In this document: piece by piece, positions 61,387-64,000 of the stretch | How positions within the stretch are numbered: the stretch's first letter is position 1 | Layout: the number at the start of each line of letters is the position of its first letter | Origin: Amoebidium appalachense | Taxonomy: Eukaryota > Protista > Ichthyosporea | DNA length: 64,000 bases | Reading direction: 5' to 3' | Assembly (NCBI GenBank): GCA_963693365.1 | Contig: CAVNZM010000011.1 | Location: 1,488,001-1,552,000 of the forward strand | Position numbers and translations under genes: made by a program | Notes under the pieces: generated by a model | Told to the model about the DNA's origin: nothing | Databases searched by the model: none | Seen by the model: only the letters and a program-made list of their open reading frames with translations

Positions 61387-61434
<48 letters not shown>

Positions 61435-61449
61435 TGTCTGTGCGCGCGC

Positions 61450-61484
<35 letters not shown>

Positions 61485-62249
61485 TGCGCGCGTGCGCGCC
61501 TGTGTTTATGCTCCCGCTTCCCTGTGTGCCCGTGTACAGAGGAAGTGGTGTGTGCCTGTGCGTTGTGTTTGTGTAGCAGGGCATCACTGGGCGTGCCACA
61601 TAGTGTGTAGGGGTGGGGGTGGGGGGGGGGGGGGGGGGGGCAAGGGGGGGAGAGGGGGCAAGAGGAGGGAGGGGAAGGGAGAGGCAGGGGAGTAGGGAGG
61701 GGGCGAGGGGGGGGGGGGGCAATAGGGGGGCGGCGGAGCGGGGTGGAGGGAGGGGTGGGGGGAAGGATGGGAGAGCCCCCCTCCCCCCCCCTGGGCCCCC
61801 GCTTTAGGTTTTCTATTTATATAATGTTCATTAGTATAGGTTTAATATTTATTCTGATATATATCTATTACTTTATTTACACCCAGCAATTTCAAATCAG
61901 TATTCTATTTTTTTATTTTATTTTCTTGAGTTTGAGTTTTGTTTATCTGCTAAAAAGATTGGTGGAGAAACGAGGCTGTGGAAAGCTGGGTGTTTATCTT
62001 ATTTCAGTTTATCTTATTTTCTTTTATTGGGGGGGAGGGGAGGGTGGGGAAGAAGGTTGCATACGTGAAATGTTTGGAATGATTTTTCCCCTTGGGGGGA
62101 GGGGGTGTGGGGGGGGATGGGGGGGAAATGAATGTGTATGTTCAGGGGGGGGGGGGGGGGGGGGAGGTTTCCGTACCAGATTTTCTCAGAGTCGCTGACC
62201 GAATATTCCTTTCTGGGCAGGGAGGGGATTGGGATCTTGCTAGTTCTGT
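59964..62249 (-). CDS. Possible multi-exon gene of unknown function (exon candidates ~62249-62177, 61261-61182, 60894-60821, 60176-59964)
   Basis: Unique-sequence islands bounded by AG/GT and microsatellite introns (e.g. IPIPSLPRKEYSVSDSEKIW|CILGRILADFGVMFSGIIG; VELPEGAIFIQFGSVEYARIPPY). Phases are not fully resolved. Confidence 0.25.
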
Positions 62250-62756
62250 TTTTCAGTGTTGTGTTATGTGTGGGGCTCGATATAGTATACATTGACACCA
62301 ACCGCACCACCGCCATGGATATGCAAAATTCAACATGTCCGTCAAGCCAAATTTACACGAACTTAACGGGTAAAGCCCCCCCCCCCCCTTCCCCTCATCC
62401 TCCCCCCCCCCTCCCTCCCCCTCTCTGCATCTCTCTCTCTTTGTCCCACTCCTTTTCTTACAATAGATCAGAACAAAATGAAAAGGACATGGAAGGCAAC
62501 AATTGATGTTTGTGGTACCATAACCTTACACAAGAGGCAATGTTACCATGGAAATGAACTACCAACAGCACAGATACAATTGCATGCAGTGCGTGCAAGC
62601 ATGTCTTTGTATCTGTGCTGTCCAAAGGCCTAGCACCCACGTCCCCCCCCCCCCTCCCCCCCCATTCTGTTCTGTTCTGCCTTCACCCTCCCCTCTCCTC
62701 TCCCTTTCACTGACACTTCTCCCCCCCTCCCCCCTCCCAACCCCCTGCGCACCCCC

Positions 62757-62795
<39 letters not shown>

Positions 62796-62941
62796 CAACC
62801 TGGTTCCCTAACTAAATATGCACTAACATTCCATCTCCGTCTCGCCCCTCCCCCCCCCTAACAGAGAGTGAGCAAGTGTGGTTTCTTTCCAACCTCAGCA
62901 CGTCATGCTTTGCCGGTCACAGCATGTGGATCGGTATCCCT

Positions 62942-62979
<38 letters not shown>

Positions 62980-63022
62980 TTCCCTTCCCAGCCCAACACC
63001 CCGCAGCCTTTTCACAATAAGA

Positions 63023-63125
63023 GACCTATCCACGATACATGAGTTGGGGGTTCCGTGCGAGTTGAATAGATCGAAACCCGAGTACTTTGGATGATTTATG
63101 TGGGCTCCGCTGAGTATGGGCTCTG
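63023..63125 (+). mobile_element. Diverged relative of the internal core of repeat family A
   Basis: tgagttggg-N9-cgagttgaatagatcgaaacccgagtactttggatga...gtgggctccgctgagtatgggctctg aligns with tgagttggg-N9-cgaggKgaataggtcgaaactcgggtactgtggatga..gtgggcccccctgaggatgggctctg. It sits between C-runs. Confidence 0.6.
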
Positions 63126-63348
63126 TCTTTGGCCATTTTTTGGGCAACCCCATGACCTGTTCGCAACGTTTACCAAGTCCTAATATTGTTTTCGGCACCC
63201 GAACCCTGCTGTTCTCCCCTCTTTCCCCATTCCTCCCCCCCCCCCCCCCCCCCCCCCCCCCTCTCCCCCCCCCCCCCCCCCAAACAAATACACACACACA
63301 CAAAAATTATGTCACAAATGGCTCTGTGTAGTATTCCGGGAACCAGCC

Positions 63349-63384
<36 letters not shown>

Positions 63385-63781
63385 TGCCTCCCCCCCCACC
63401 CACCCTCCCCCCCAACCCTGCCCCTTTCCCTTCTGACTCACCATAAACTTTCGACATGTTTCCATGTTCAACCTCTTCTTCCTCCCCCCACCCCCCCCCC
63501 CCCCCCCCCCCCCCCCCTCCCCCCCTTCCCTAGGGTGTCTCCCCCTTCCCGCTGCAACGCACCTACACACTTATGAATATTGGGTGGGGGGGGGGTGGGG
63601 GGGTTGAATAAGTGTGTGATGTGAAATCTATGCTCGTGTGGGGAGGTACGTATCTGTACATGCACACCATGAGTGTCAGTGTTTTGTGAGTGCATGGGTG
63701 GCTCTACGGGCATGCCTGCATGTCTTACAGGCACGCTACACTTGCTCACTTAACTATTCCACCCTCCCCTCCCTCTTTTCT

Positions 63782-63973
<192 letters not shown>

Positions 63974-64000
63974 CGCACACACCTACGCAGGGATCTATAA

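Overview
Eukaryotic, intron-rich genomic DNA. Introns and intergenic spacers are full of poly(C)/poly(G) tracts and (CA)n/(GT)n, (CT)n and (GTGC)n microsatellites, so most ORFs in the six-frame track are spurious. Manual splicing at GT-AG sites with phase checks gives these genes: a partial membrane-protein gene; a 2-exon SRPBCC/DUF1857(AtaL)-like gene; an ARM-like plus C-terminal MYND-finger gene (-) lying head-to-head with a ~1,700-aa coiled-coil plus tandem-BRCT gene (+); a secreted Gly/Gln/Pro-rich repeat protein (-, apparently disrupted); a 7-exon bacterial-type (LipG/RdmC-like) alpha/beta hydrolase; and a small Tom6/Tom5-like gene (-). The most striking unexplained structure is a family of intronic, variably 5'-truncated repeats (at least 6 copies, several subfamilies). 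They share a ~50-nt 3'-terminal motif that always ends directly at a poly(C) tract, and one copy has a clean 16-bp target-site duplication starting inside the C-run. This is a candidate poly(C)-targeting or poly(C)-tailed non-LTR retroposon system. Homopolymer lengths and some bases near them may be sequencing or consensus errors, and all family assignments are from recognition by eye, not searches.
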